Positions 48,201 through 58,755 of a stretch of DNA of 64,000 nucleotides are shown piece by piece (the first letter of the stretch is position 1; each line of letters starts with the position of its first letter). Both the position numbers and the translations under genes were made by a program. The notes beneath the pieces are model-generated. The model was not told the DNA's origin and made no database searches. It was given only the letters and a program-made list of their open reading frames with translations. The DNA comes from Carcharhinus longimanus (taxonomy: Eukaryota), in assembly GCA_030264375.1 (NCBI GenBank), contig JASCQW010000061.1, positions 54,819,820 through 54,883,819 of the forward strand. The letters are read 5' to 3'.

Positions 48201-49534
48201 ATGGACTAACAATGCGTGTATGTAAGAGGATAGGATAGATGAGTTACTACATTTTGCTAACACTTTCCTCTTTTTGCTGTCTTACATACACAAACACACA
48301 CATACACAACTCTAGTAACGGATGCAGGAATCTCAAATGTTCAGGTTCCCTCATTCTTTATATTGTCCTTTTACAATGATGATCCTGTTTGATATTCTGA
48401 GGAAAGATGTGGATGCAGATATTGATCTAATTTCTGATCATAATTTCACTGGTAGTTCATTGGAATTGCTCTGGATTTTCTCAGCCCTAGTAAAATGCAT
48501 ATGGATTCTGTCCACAAAGACTACTTCCTGTAACATTTTTATGTCAACATTTACAATGAAAACTTCCTTTATAAACATGTATAATAGGATTTTTTATGTA
48601 AACATTTTATAATGAGAAACCCATATATAAACATTTTACTGATAAATGAACTAAATGATTCAAAATGTTTATAAAAAATCATCTGCCATTTTACTCTGCA
48701 ATGTCCTAAACATTGTTTTAAACAAAATTTCAAAAGCACAGATTTTGCAACAACTCCCAGTAACAATAAATACACCCACAAAATATTGGTTAATTCAATC
48801 TGCAAATAAAAGACCAGATTTCACATTAATCTTTCCAATGAGTACACAGCAGGTTTGAATATAGTGTTTGATCTACTTCTCATCGATTTTACATTTTATT
48901 GAGTTCAATGGAGGGTAAAGTCATGTGGATTGCAAATTGATAGTTAACTCCAAATTGATTCCAGTCTCTAAAATTTCAAAGAAAATTCCTGAAAATTCAA
49001 GCAAAGTGGGTGATAAGCTCTTTAAATTGAATTTCGCCTCTTCTGTAACACCTGACAACTCGGGATATCCAGTTTTCTACGGTGGCGATGGAGTAGCAAG
49101 AATGGGAAGCTGAGGAGGATGGATTGTAGTGAGTAAAAAAGCCAGGGGTTATCTTTGCACTCCAAAATGTTACTGGAAGCTCAGCAGTTTTGACAGAGGT
49201 GAGCAGGACCCAGTAGTGCTTTGCAGGGTCTAGCCAGATCTGACGATGAATGGCTAAATCAGTACTCCATCATACAGTACTATTCAATAGTGCATTGCTT
49301 GGATTTAAGAGAGCAAAGATGAGGGCCATACAGAGTGAATGATTAAGGTGAAAGTGAATATTGGATTAAATGGGGATAAGAGCATCAAAATGGAGGTGAG
49401 GCTGTGACTAAGCAAACCAGTAGCTACAGATGTATTGTGATGTGGAAGACCAATGATGAGAAAGTGTAATCTGGTTTCCAATGTGGGTGCCATAAGCATA
49501 GACATGGGTCAAGGGTGGAAGAGGAAAAGCACAT

Positions 49535-49605
49535 TGTTAAAATGGTGGCGCGGGCTCATTGGGCTGAAGGGCCTGTTTCCGTGCTGTATTGTTCTTTGTT
49601 CTTTG
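49535..49605 (+). mobile_element. CR1/HER1-type 3' tail
   Basis: GGGCTGAAGGGCCTGTTTCCGTGCTGTATTGTTCTTTGTTCTTTG. Confidence 0.7.
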
Positions 49606-49741
49606 CAATCATAAATTACTAGGGAAGAGACTTTTCCAGAAGTGGGCACAAAAGGAACTGGTGTAGGGGGTGGGGGTGGAGGAAGAGGAATGTGAATGGA
49701 GAGGGATACAAGGAAGTGATCAACAGGTGACTTTATGTGTT

Positions 49742-50535
49742 CTGATGAAGGGTCACAGATACAAAATGTTAACTCTGTTTCTCCTCACAAATGCTGCTTG
49801 ATCTATTGAGTATTTCCAGCATTATCTGTTTTTATTTCTGATTTTGATTTGATTTATTCTTGTCACATATATTAGTATACTGTGAAAAGGATTGCTTCTT
49901 GTGCACTATACAAACCAGATGGTCCATAGAGAAGGAAAGGAGAGGGCACAGAATGTAGTGTTATGGACAGAGTTAGGGTGTAGAGAATGATCAACTTAAT
50001 AATAGGTAGGTCCATTCAAAGGTCTGATGGCAGCAGGGAAGAAGCTATTCTTGAGTTGGATGGTATATGACCTCAGACTTTTGCATCTTTTTCCTGATGG
50101 AAGAAGATGGAAGAGAGTGTGTCTGGGGTGCGTGGGTCCTTCATTATGCTGGCTGCTTTTCTGAGATAGTGAGAAGTATAGGCAGAGTCAATGGATTGGA
50201 AGCTGGTTTGTGTGATGGACTGGGCTACATTCACGACTCTTTGTAGTTTCTTGCGGTCTTGGACAGAGCAGGAGCTGTAACAAGCTGTGATACAACTAGA
50301 AAGAATGCTTTCCATAGTACATCTGTAGAAATTGGTGAGAATTGTAGTGAACATGCCAAATTTCCTCAGACTCCTGAGAAAGTAAAGGTGTTGGTGGGCT
50401 TTCTTAAATATAGCATCAGCGTGGAAGGATCAGGACAGGGTGTTGGTTATCTGGACACCGAAAAATTTGAAGCTCTCAACCATTTCCATTTTGTCCCTGT
50501 TGATTTCCAGCATCTGCAAAATATTGCTTTTGTGT
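49742..50535 (+). mobile_element. Penelope-like family B tail with a decayed hammerhead, split by Rex1
   Basis: CTGATGA-AGGGTC-ACA-GATAC-AAAATGTT..GTTTTTATTTCTGATT, then the Rex1 insertion, then GATTTCCAGCATCTGCAAAATATTGCTTT. Confidence 0.7.
49843..50500 (-). mobile_element. Rex1/Babar LINE 3' end
   Basis: LTNFYRCTMESILSSCITACYSSCSVQDRKKLQRVVNVAQSITQT. (TTGAT)n tail on the plus strand. Confidence 0.9.
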
Positions 50536-51559
50536 TTTATATTGTTTTAGCTTTATATGTGACCGAGATGATGATATTAGAGAGGCCAAGTGAGATGGCG
50601 ACTCCAAGGATATGGCAATGAATATGGGTAGAGGAGTTTAAATGAGAGATTTAGAGAGGATCGAAGGGCAGTGAACTCAGAGAAAACAGAACATGGTAGG
50701 TTGAGATAGAGGTTAAATTCACCAACAATAAGAAATTGCAGAGAAGAGGGACTGGTGAAGATATCTTGGAGAGTAACTAGGCATGGTATTTAGGTGAGTG
50801 CAAAAGACTGAGAACTTTAAATTCGGGTAGGGGAAAGGAGGAAAAGGGTTAAATGATCTATGTCAGCAAAGTAATAGTTTATTAGATAAAATACAAGTAT
50901 AAGGGTAAATGAACAACAATTCTGCAGCAAGGTCTTATAAACAAACACTTCAAACCTGTGTTTGCATTGAAGCAGTTCATATCCTTTCAAAGGTTGCTCT
51001 TAATGTTAATACAAAATGAACATTTATGAACTGAATCAATTCTCCATCCCAACAGCCTCTGTATTCAGTGGGTCCTTCTTTGACACTTCTGTCACTTCCA
51101 GCATGACACCATCACAAAAAACATCTTCCTATTCCTCCTCTTTCAGCATTCCAAAGGGACCATTCCTTTCATGGCACGCTAATGCGCTCCTCAACTACCC
51201 AACACCCCTCCCCCTTTCACACCATCTTTCCATGCAAGTTCAGGGGGCTGAGCATCTGCTTTTTTACCTTCCCTCATATTAAGTCCAACACTCCAAATAC
51301 TCCTTCCAGAAGAAACAATGACTTAGGTGTACTTCATTCAATTTATGATATTACAATCACTGATCAAATTGCTGTCTCTTCTACAATGGGGAGACCAAAC
51401 ACAGATTAGCCAATTGCTTTCAGGAACAACTGCATTCAGGCCCCAAGTGTCCAGTTGTCTGTCATTTCTATTCCCCACTTTGCTCTCACAATGAGCACTC
51501 AATCCTCAGCCCCTGCAATGTTGAAATTAAATTCATTCTAAGAATGAAAAGAGGAAAAT

Positions 51560-51815
51560 GTGGATGTATATAATGCATTTCATGCTGATATCTCAAAATG
51601 TTTTATAGTCAATTGAGTTATTTTTGAAGTGTAGTCACTGTTGTAATAAAATAGGAAACATGGCAGCTAATTTGCTTTCACAGACAACCCTCACTCTTCT
51701 TCAGAATAGCACCATGGGATGGATCTTTTATATTCACCCGGGTTATGCGATGGAGTCCCTGTTTAATGTCCCATCCAAAAGGCTACACCTCTGACAGCAC
51801 AATCCTCTCTCAGTA
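51560..51815 (-). mobile_element. DeuSINE (SacSINE1-like) nested in the PLE
   Basis: TTTTGAAGTGTAGTCACTGTTGTAAT..GGAAACATGGCAGCTAATTTGC..AATAGCACCATGGGAT..GTTTAATGTCCCATCCAAAAGG..CACCTCTGACAGC. Confidence 0.7.
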
Positions 51816-51835
51816 TTTGATAAATAGCACCTCAT

Positions 51836-51991
51836 GTATTCAAGGAATGGCTAGATATAGGGTGAGTGAGATCAAAGGTTATGGGGAGAAAACAGGATTA
51901 GGTTGAATTGGATGATCAGCCATGATTGTGATGAATGCAGAGCAGACTTGAAGGGTTGAATGACTTCCTGCTCCTATCTTCTAAGCTTCTA
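51836..51991 (+). mobile_element. CR1 3' tail nested in the PLE
   Basis: ATCAAAGGTTATGGGGAGAA..GATCAGCCATGAT..CCTGCTCCTATCTTCTA, splitting the PLE codons HL|FRLG. Confidence 0.75.
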
Positions 51992-52989
51992 CCTTTCGAT
52001 TAGGAGATTTAAAGCCTTTCAAACTCAACACTGAGTTCAACAATTTCAGGCCAGAAACAACCCCTCATTTTGTTTCCTTTCTCTTTGCAGGTTTTGGATT
52101 AACTCTTCAGGTTTTGTATTTGGATGTCAGCTTTTCAACATTTTGCCATTCAGGCCTCTTGTGGTTGTATCTTTTGCTTCTTTACTTGTTCCAGTACCAC
52201 TCCCTTTGGCCTGTACCACAGGCTCATGACATTTAATCTGTTCTGTCTTCCTGTCACAGACCTTTCCTTTTGCTCTATTCCCCACCTATTTTCACTTGCT
52301 GAAGACCTATTACATTTTGAAGTTTTCTCAATTCTGATGAAAAGTCATTAATCTAAAACTTTAGCTTTATTTCTCTCCCCACCTGACTTACTGGGTACTT
52401 ACAGTATTTTCTGTTTTTATTTATGAACTGGGTGTATCTAATGCCCCTTTGAAGGTTTATAATCAACCTACCATATGCCACATTAAAAGGAATAAAATTG
52501 GATTCACATTGGATTCTGACCACATGATCAGACTGAGAATTCCATCAGGCTAATTCCAACTTTTTTTTTATTTTTGCACGGTTAGAAGTGTCAGCAGGAA
52601 ATAAGAACACTGAATGTAATATCAAAAACACAAATTGTTTACATGGGACAGTCATCGAAAAAGCTTTGAATCTTCATTCAAAAAATTGCGATTGAGGCTT
52701 CCCGAAAGTTTCAAAGTTTGTGAAGGTTTTGGCTTTGTACCATTCACCACATCAGTGGAAGGTCAGCATTGTAGGCGTTTGGGTTAGACTGTGTCCTCAT
52801 GCTGCCTCTAACAAGAAGAAAGTAGTGGTTATGTGTTCCAGTACCAGCGGTCCATACTCATTTTTTGCAAGTTACATGTTAGCCATCTGGATTAAGCTGA
52901 AAGGCAAAGCAAAATGGGCTGGAATTTTGGGGACAGTGTTGAAAATGGGAAGAGGTGGAATATCAAGACAGAAGACATCAGGATGGATG

Positions 52990-53157
52990 CCCAATATCTC
53001 ACAAGAGGGGGCTACACATGGCCCTTGTGGCTAAAAGGATCAAGGAGAATGGCAAGAAAGTGGGAGTGGGACACTGAAAGTCATGACCATATTGAATGGT
53101 GGTACAGGTTGGAAGGGCCTACTGACCCACTCCTGCATCTATTTTCTATGTTTCTAT
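52990..53157 (+). mobile_element. CR1 3' tail
   Basis: GGCTAAAAGGATCAAGG..CATGACCATATTGAATGG..CTCCTGCATCTATTTTCTATGTTTCTAT. Confidence 0.75.
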
Positions 53158-53888
53158 CTCCATATTGCTGCTGGATATTCCTCATTGTGGCTGACATGGT
53201 GTGACAGCATTGCACACAAACATGTGTACCCCCCCACTCTTCCCCTATCACGCCCTCTGACCCCCCACTACCTCTACTCTTCCACTCACCCCTNNNNNNN
53301 NNNNNNNNNNNNNNNNNNNNNNNNNNNNNNNNNNNNNNNNNNNNNNNNNNNNNNNNNNNNNNNNNNNNNNNNNNNNNNNNNNNNNNNNNNNNNNNNNNNN
53401 NNNNNNNNNNNNNNNNNNNNNNNNNNNNNNNNNNNNNNNNNNNNNNNNNNNNNNNNNNNNNNNNNNNNNNNNNNNNNNNNNNNNNNNNNNNNNNNNNNNN
53501 NNNNNNNNNNNNNNNNNNNNNNNNNNNNNNNNNNNNNNNNNNNNNNNNNNNNNNNNNNNNNNNNNNNNNNNNNNNNNNNNNNNNNNNNNNNNNNNNNNNN
53601 NNNNNNNNNNNNNNNNNNNNNNNNNNNNNNNNNNNNNNNNNNNNNNNNNNNNNNNNNNNNNNNNNNNNNNNNNNNNNNNNNNNNNNNNNNNNNNNNNNNN
53701 NNNNNNNNNNNNNNNNNNNNNNNNNNNNNNNNNNNNNNNNNNNNNNNNNNNNNNNNNNNNNNNNNNNNNNNNNNNNNNNNNNNNNNNNNNNNNNNNNNNN
53801 NNNNNNNNNNNNNNNNNNNNNNNNNNNNNNNNNNNNNNNNNNNNNNNNNNNNNNNNNNNNNNNNNNNNNNNNNNNNNNNNNNNNNNNN

Positions 53889-53960
53889 TTATTGAATGGC
53901 GGGGCAGGCTCGAAGGGCTAGATGGCCTACTCCTGCTCCTATTTCTTATGTTCTTATGTT
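53889..53960 (+). mobile_element. Young CR1/HER1 tail (body probably in the 595-N gap)
   Basis: ATTGAATGGCGGGGCAGGCTCGAAGGGC..CCTATTTCTTATGTTCTTATGTT. Confidence 0.9.
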
Positions 53961-53962
53961 CA

Positions 53963-54170
53963 CAGAAGACATGGCTACTAAAACTTGTGAGGAAGCCATG
54001 CATTGCTGCAAAGGAATGATACACCACCTGCCACAGGGCAAGCTGAGTGACCATTGAGCAGGGCATTGATCTGAAGATGCAATTCAGGTACTTCAATCAA
54101 TCTAGTTGGGCCCTTCGGTATGTCCAGTTAGGGTCTCATGTATTGTGATGATATGCTGTACTCTGGCTCT
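53963..54170 (+). pseudogene. PIF/Harbinger (HARBI1-like, DDE_Tnp_4) transposase remnant
   Basis: QKTWLLKLVRKPCIAAKE*YTTCHRAS*VTIEQGIDLKMQFRYFNQSSWALRY-(frameshift)-VSCIVMICCTL. Compare WLLTPVRNP..E.RYN..H..TR..IEQTIG.LKMRFRCLD.SGGALQY...VS.IV..CC.LHN. Confidence 0.8.
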
Positions 54171-54809
54171 GCCGAGGGAGGAGATGTTGGATAATAAGGA
54201 TATTGTGAAGTGTGATGATGAGGATGTGGAGGAAGCTGCTGAACAGTTGATACAAGATGAAAGATCCTAGAGATCACAGGCAAGGTGCAATGAGTTATAT
54301 GCAAGCAGGTCCAGGCTGTGCTAATACACAGATGTTTCATATGATACTTACGACTTGTTGGAGCCATACCAATAAAGCCTCAGCAGTCTGCAGTCTCACT
54401 GGTATCATTTACATTCCATTATCTTACATCCAGTTGCACATCACAAAGCAACAAGGTTGAATTGCAACAGCATGTGGCATGATGCCTCAAAACCAGCTCC
54501 TCCAAGATATGAGGAAATGTTGCGCCAACATATTCAATCTTTGTTAAATGGAACAAGAAAGAATAAGAGGTTTCACACTTTGATACACTCTTCACCCATG
54601 AACCCCAAGTGCAGCTAGGTGCTCTTCTTAAATTTATGAACTATGTTCCTACGTGGTCTGGCCCTACATTTCCAGCTGAGAGGAGGCAAACTTGTGGCCC
54701 TGTGGCTTTGGGTCACTTTGGCAGCCATCCTTTGACTGTTTGATTTGAACCCAGAGCATTAGCATGCTTCTGGATTATTTGTCTTTTAAATTAACTTCTT
54801 ATGTGCTAG

Positions 54810-55112
54810 TGGGAAGCAGAAGAAGGAATAGGGCAATCAGCCCTTCAAGTTTGCTCTGCCATTCATTTTGATCATACTTGATCATCGAATTCAATATCCT
54901 GGTCCCCCTTCCCCCAATATCCCTTGATCCCTTTAGCCCCAACAGCTTTATCTAATTTCTTATTGAAATCAGACAACATTTTGGCCTCAACTACACACTA
55001 TGGTAGTGAATTTCACACATTCACCACCCTCTGGGTGAAGAAATTTCTCCTCACCTCAGCTCTAAAAAGTTTATCCCTTATCCTCAAACTATGGCCCCTA
55101 GTCTTGGACTAC
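54810..55112 (-). mobile_element. CR1 3' end
   Basis: Antisense of RGHSLRIR..RRNFFTQRVVNV plus the 3' UTR. Very similar to 58110-58400. Confidence 0.9.
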
Positions 55113-55584
55113 TTGAATCTTGGAGGGTCCCGACACACTGAAGGCTCCTCAATGGGGAAGGCCAATCATCCAAATCCCAGAAACATGGCAGCACTCAAAG
55201 CCTGGATGGATAGACTCCTCCACTGTCTGCAGAGTTTCTGCCTAACCTCTGACAATTAATTCCATCAGATGTTCCCTGGCATGATAATAGGGTAATTGTG
55301 GTAATGGACCCCAGCATTAGATACAATACTGTACACTCTGTACTTCATGGGGGTCACCTGACCTGGGAGTCAAAGGTCAAATAGCACATGTTAGTGTAGG
55401 TTGTAACTGGACTACAGGTGCCATGCAGTTGTGTGTTCATGTTCTAAAAATGTGTTAATTACAAAATTAGTTTACAGCAATAGAGTCAGTGCTGCTGCAA
55501 CATGAAAACAAGACATGAGTCAGAATGTTACGGTATTGGGTGGGCATGCATCTGATCAGGATATGCATGAAATCATGCAAAAAG

Positions 55585-56830
55585 AATCTATTGGAATTCT
55601 TTGAAGATGTAACTAGTTGAGTTGACTGAGGAGAACCAGTGAATGTGCTTTTATTGACTTATAGAAGGCTTTCGACAAGGTCTCACATAATAGACTCCTA
55701 TGTAAAGTTAAAGCACATGAATTACAGGTAATGTATTGCGATGGATAGAAAGCTGGTTAGCAGATAGGAAACAAACAGTTGGCAAAAATGGGTCTTTTAC
55801 TGATTGGCAGTCAGTGACTACTGGGGTTCCACAGGTTCTGTCCTCGAATCCCAACTGTTCACATTTCATATATTAATGCTTTGGAAGAGGGAACTGAATG
55901 TATTATCTCCAAATTCACAGATGATACAAAGTTGGGTGGGAGTGTGGGCTGTGAGGAGGATACAGAGTTGCTTTAGCGAGATTTGGACAGGCTCGGTGTG
56001 TGGGTATCTGTGTGGCAGATATAGTGTAATGTGGTTAAATGTGAGGTTATCCACTTTGATAGCATTAATAGGAAGACAGATTAATACTTGAGTGGGTGTA
56101 AATTGAGGAGGGTGGAAACTCAACCTTGGAGTCCTCACGCATTAGTCACTGAAAATAAGTGTACAGATACAGCAGGCAGTAAAAAAGGCAAATGGTATGT
56201 TGGCCATCATAGCAAGAGGATTTGAACATATGGATAGGGATGTTTTGCTACAGTTGTATAGGGTGTAGGTGAGGCCACACCTGGGGTATTATGTGCAGTT
56301 CTGGCATCCTTATCCAAGGAAGGATGTGCTTGCTATAGAAGGAGGACAGCAAATGTTTATCAGACTGATTCCTGGGGTGCTAGATCTGTCACGACGAGAG
56401 GCCAAGTCAGTTAGGATTATATTCATTGGAGGTTAGAAGAGTGAGAGGAAATCTCATAGAAGCTTATAAAATTCTAACAGGGTTAGAAAGGGTAGATTCA
56501 GAAAGAATGTTCCCAATGGTGGGGGAGTCCAGAATTAGGGGCCATAGTTTGAGGATAAGGACACGTTTTAGAACTAAGGTGAGGAGAAATTTCTTCACCC
56601 AGAGGGTGTTGAATGTGTGGAATTCATTACCACAGAATGTAATTGAGGCCAAAATGTTATTTGACTTCAAGAAGAAATTAGATAAAGTTCTTAGAGCTAG
56701 AGAGATCAAGAGATATGGGGGAAGGTGGGATCAGGATATTGAATTCAGTGATCAGCCATGATCGAAGTGAGTGATGGAGCAGGCTGGAAGGGCCGAATGG
56801 CTTACTCCTGCTTCTAGTTTCTAGGTTTGT
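55585..56830 (+). mobile_element. CR1 ORF2 3' part (~1.25 kb), decayed
   Basis: KAFDKVSH, GVPQGSVL, SKFTDDTKLGG, RRVRGNLIEAYKILTG..RRNFFTQRVLNVWNSLP, followed by the tail. Confidence 0.92.
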
Positions 56831-57149
56831 ATGTAAACCTACTTTTGGCATTGTCTTAGTCATTAATAACATGCTAGAAAGTGTATATTAATCAAGGCTC
56901 TCTAAGTTAATGAATAAGAGACCAGATTATGTGAGTTGTGAGATGAATGGATTTTTTAAATTGTTAATGGTCTAAGCTGTGTGCATTCTCCTGCTGCAGT
57001 CATGTTTCTGTGACTTCCTGAAAGTGAGAGCTCTTCTCCTGTCACAGTGTCCAAGTGTGACATGTGTCTGGTGAGTGAGAATGGAACATGTCTAATGAAG
57101 GAATGTGTGAGGAGAAGAATAACAAAATATTTGTGAGAAGAGAGGGAGA

Positions 57150-57404
57150 ATATTTTAATTCTTTCATTGGATGTAGGCGTCACTAGCAAGGCCAGCGCTT
57201 GTTACCCATCCCTAGTTACCCTTGAACTGAGTGGCTTCTTAGGCCATTTCAAAGGGCTTTAAGAGGGCTTTTGAGAGAGTACCACATTGCTGTGGATCTG
57301 AGTTGCACGTAGGGCAGACCAGGTAAGGATGGCAGATTTCCTTCCCTGAAAGACATTAGTGAGCCAGATGGGTTTTTACAACAATCACTGTTAGTTTCAT
57401 GGTC
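57150..57404 (-). mobile_element. Meta-domain-type SINE
   Basis: ACCACATTGCTGTGGATCTG..CAGACCAGGTAAGGATGGCAGATTTCCTTCCCTGAAAGACATTAGTGAGCCAGATGGGTTTTTACAACAATC. Confidence 0.65.
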
Positions 57405-57702
57405 ATGATGTGGATATGCCGGCATTGGACTGGGGTAAACACAGTAAAAAGCCTGACAACACCAGGTTTAAGTCCAACTGATTTATTTGATAGTACACTC
57501 ACTAAGCTTTCGGGGTTAGTCCCTTCGTCAGGTGAATGGAGAGTTCTGGCCTCAGACAGAGCATATAAAGCACAGGCAGTTTAGGGATTACTGATTAGAA
57601 TGCGAATCCTTACACCTAACCTGCCGTTCAAGACCTGAAGTGGCTGACAATGTGAGTGGAAGGAGCACTGATCACAGGTTACAGAGATGTGTATTGTCTC
57701 CA
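57405..57702 (-). mobile_element. Penelope-like family A terminal fragment
   Basis: ATGATGTGGATATGCCGGCATTGGACTGGGGTAAACACAGTAA.., colinear with 32734-32890. Confidence 0.75.
57496..57538 (-). ncRNA. Minimal type I hammerhead ribozyme motif
   Basis: Minus-strand RNA CAUUCAC-CUGACGA-A-GGG-ACUAAC-CCC-GAAA-GC-UUA-GUGAGUG: core boxes CUGANGA and GAAA, 7-bp stem I, 3-bp stem II, short palindromic stem III, NUH triplet. Confidence 0.7.
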
Positions 57703-57802
57703 NNNNNNNNNNNNNNNNNNNNNNNNNNNNNNNNNNNNNNNNNNNNNNNNNNNNNNNNNNNNNNNNNNNNNNNNNNNNNNNNNNNNNNNNNNNNNNNNNN
57801 NN

Positions 57803-57878
57803 TTCTAAACTCCAACGAGTACAGACCCAGTCTATTTAGTCTCTCTTCATAGTCCAACCCCCTCATCTCCGGTATCAA
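57803..57878 (-). mobile_element. Young CR1 fragment
   Basis: LIPEMRGLDYEERLNRLGLYSLEFR, near-identical to 4897-4970. Confidence 0.85.
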
Positions 57879-57879
57879 T

Positions 57880-58410
57880 TTTGGTGTCACTATCTGAGGA
57901 AAAATGTCCTAGCTATAGAGGGAGTATAGGGACGGTTTACAGGCTGATTCCTGGAATGGCAGGTCTATCATGTGAGGAGAGACTAAGTCTGTTTGGATTA
58001 TATTCACTGCAGTTTAGAAGAGTGAGAGGGGATCTCATAGAAACTTATAAAATTCTAACATGGTTAGACAGGATAAATTCAGAAAGAATGTTCCCAATTG
58101 TGGGGGAATCCAGAACTAGGGGCCATAGTTTGAGGATAAGAGGTAGACCTTTTAGAGTTGAGGTGAAGAGAAATTTCTTCACCCAGAGGGTGGTAACTGT
58201 ATGGAATTCACTACCACAAAATGTGGTTGAGGCCAAAATGTTGTGTGATTTCAAGAAGAAGTTAGATAAAGCTCTTGAGGCTAAAGGGATCAAGGGATAT
58301 GGGGGGAAGGGGGGAATCAGGATATTGAATTTGATGATCAAGTATGATCAAAATGAATGGCGGAGCAGACTTGAAGGGCCGAATGGCCTACTCCTGTTTC
58401 TGTTTCCCAC
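57880..58410 (+). mobile_element. CR1 ORF2 C-terminus and 3' UTR
   Basis: RLIPGMAGLSCEERLSLFGLYSLQFRRVRGDLIETYKIL..RTRGHSLRIRGRPF..NFFTQRVVTVWNSLP. Confidence 0.92.
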
Positions 58411-58449
58411 TAGCACATAAAAAGTTAATTTAAAGGACAACCAATCCAG

Positions 58450-58755
58450 AAGCATGCTAATACTCTGGTTTCAAATCTCACCATGGTGGCTGATGGAAAA
58501 TAAATTTGATTAACTTCTCAAAAATCTGGAATTCAAAGCTAGTCTCAATAATGATGAACATGAAACAATTATCAATTGTCATAAAAAGCCATTTCGTTCA
58601 CTAATATTCTTTCAGGAGGGAGCTTTACCATCCTTGCCTGGGTCACGCTTGACACTTACTAGCCCTCTGAAATGATGAACCAAGCCATTCAGCACAAAGG
58701 AAATTAGGGATGGGCAACAAACACATCCTTGCCAGCGATGCCCACATCCCGTCAT
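58450..58755 (+). mobile_element. Meta-domain-type SINE
   Basis: TTCAAATCTCACCATGG..AAAGCTAGTCTCA..CATGAAAC..GTTCACTAAT..CCATCCTTGCCTGG..AATTAGGGATGGGCAACAAA..GCCAGCGATGCCCACATCCC. Confidence 0.65.

Larger units (their letters stand above)
51040..52425 (+). mobile_element. Penelope-like family B: GIY-YIG endonuclease remnant, 3' UTR and hammerhead relic
   Basis: From about 51380, YNGETKHRLANCFQEQLHS..PVVCHF (compare LYIGETKRRLGDRFAEHLRS..PVA.HF). From about 51995, FRLGDLKPFKLNTEFNNFR. CTGATGA at 52334 followed by the family-B tail. Confidence 0.75.

Noticed and set aside
53083-54096. Longest listed ORFs (270-282 aa), and similar ones at 17514, 38770-39389, 40594-41336 and 42421-42935
   Set aside because: Their length comes from runs of N translated as X; they are not real reading frames.
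53963-54170. Domesticated HARBI1-type host gene
   Set aside because: Two in-frame stops, a frameshift and CR1 insertions make it a dead transposon fragment.
57881-58420. 179-aa ORF (also 111 aa at 56426-56761)
   Set aside because: C-terminal fragments of CR1 ORF2 reading into the 3' UTR; they lack the RT core and a real start.
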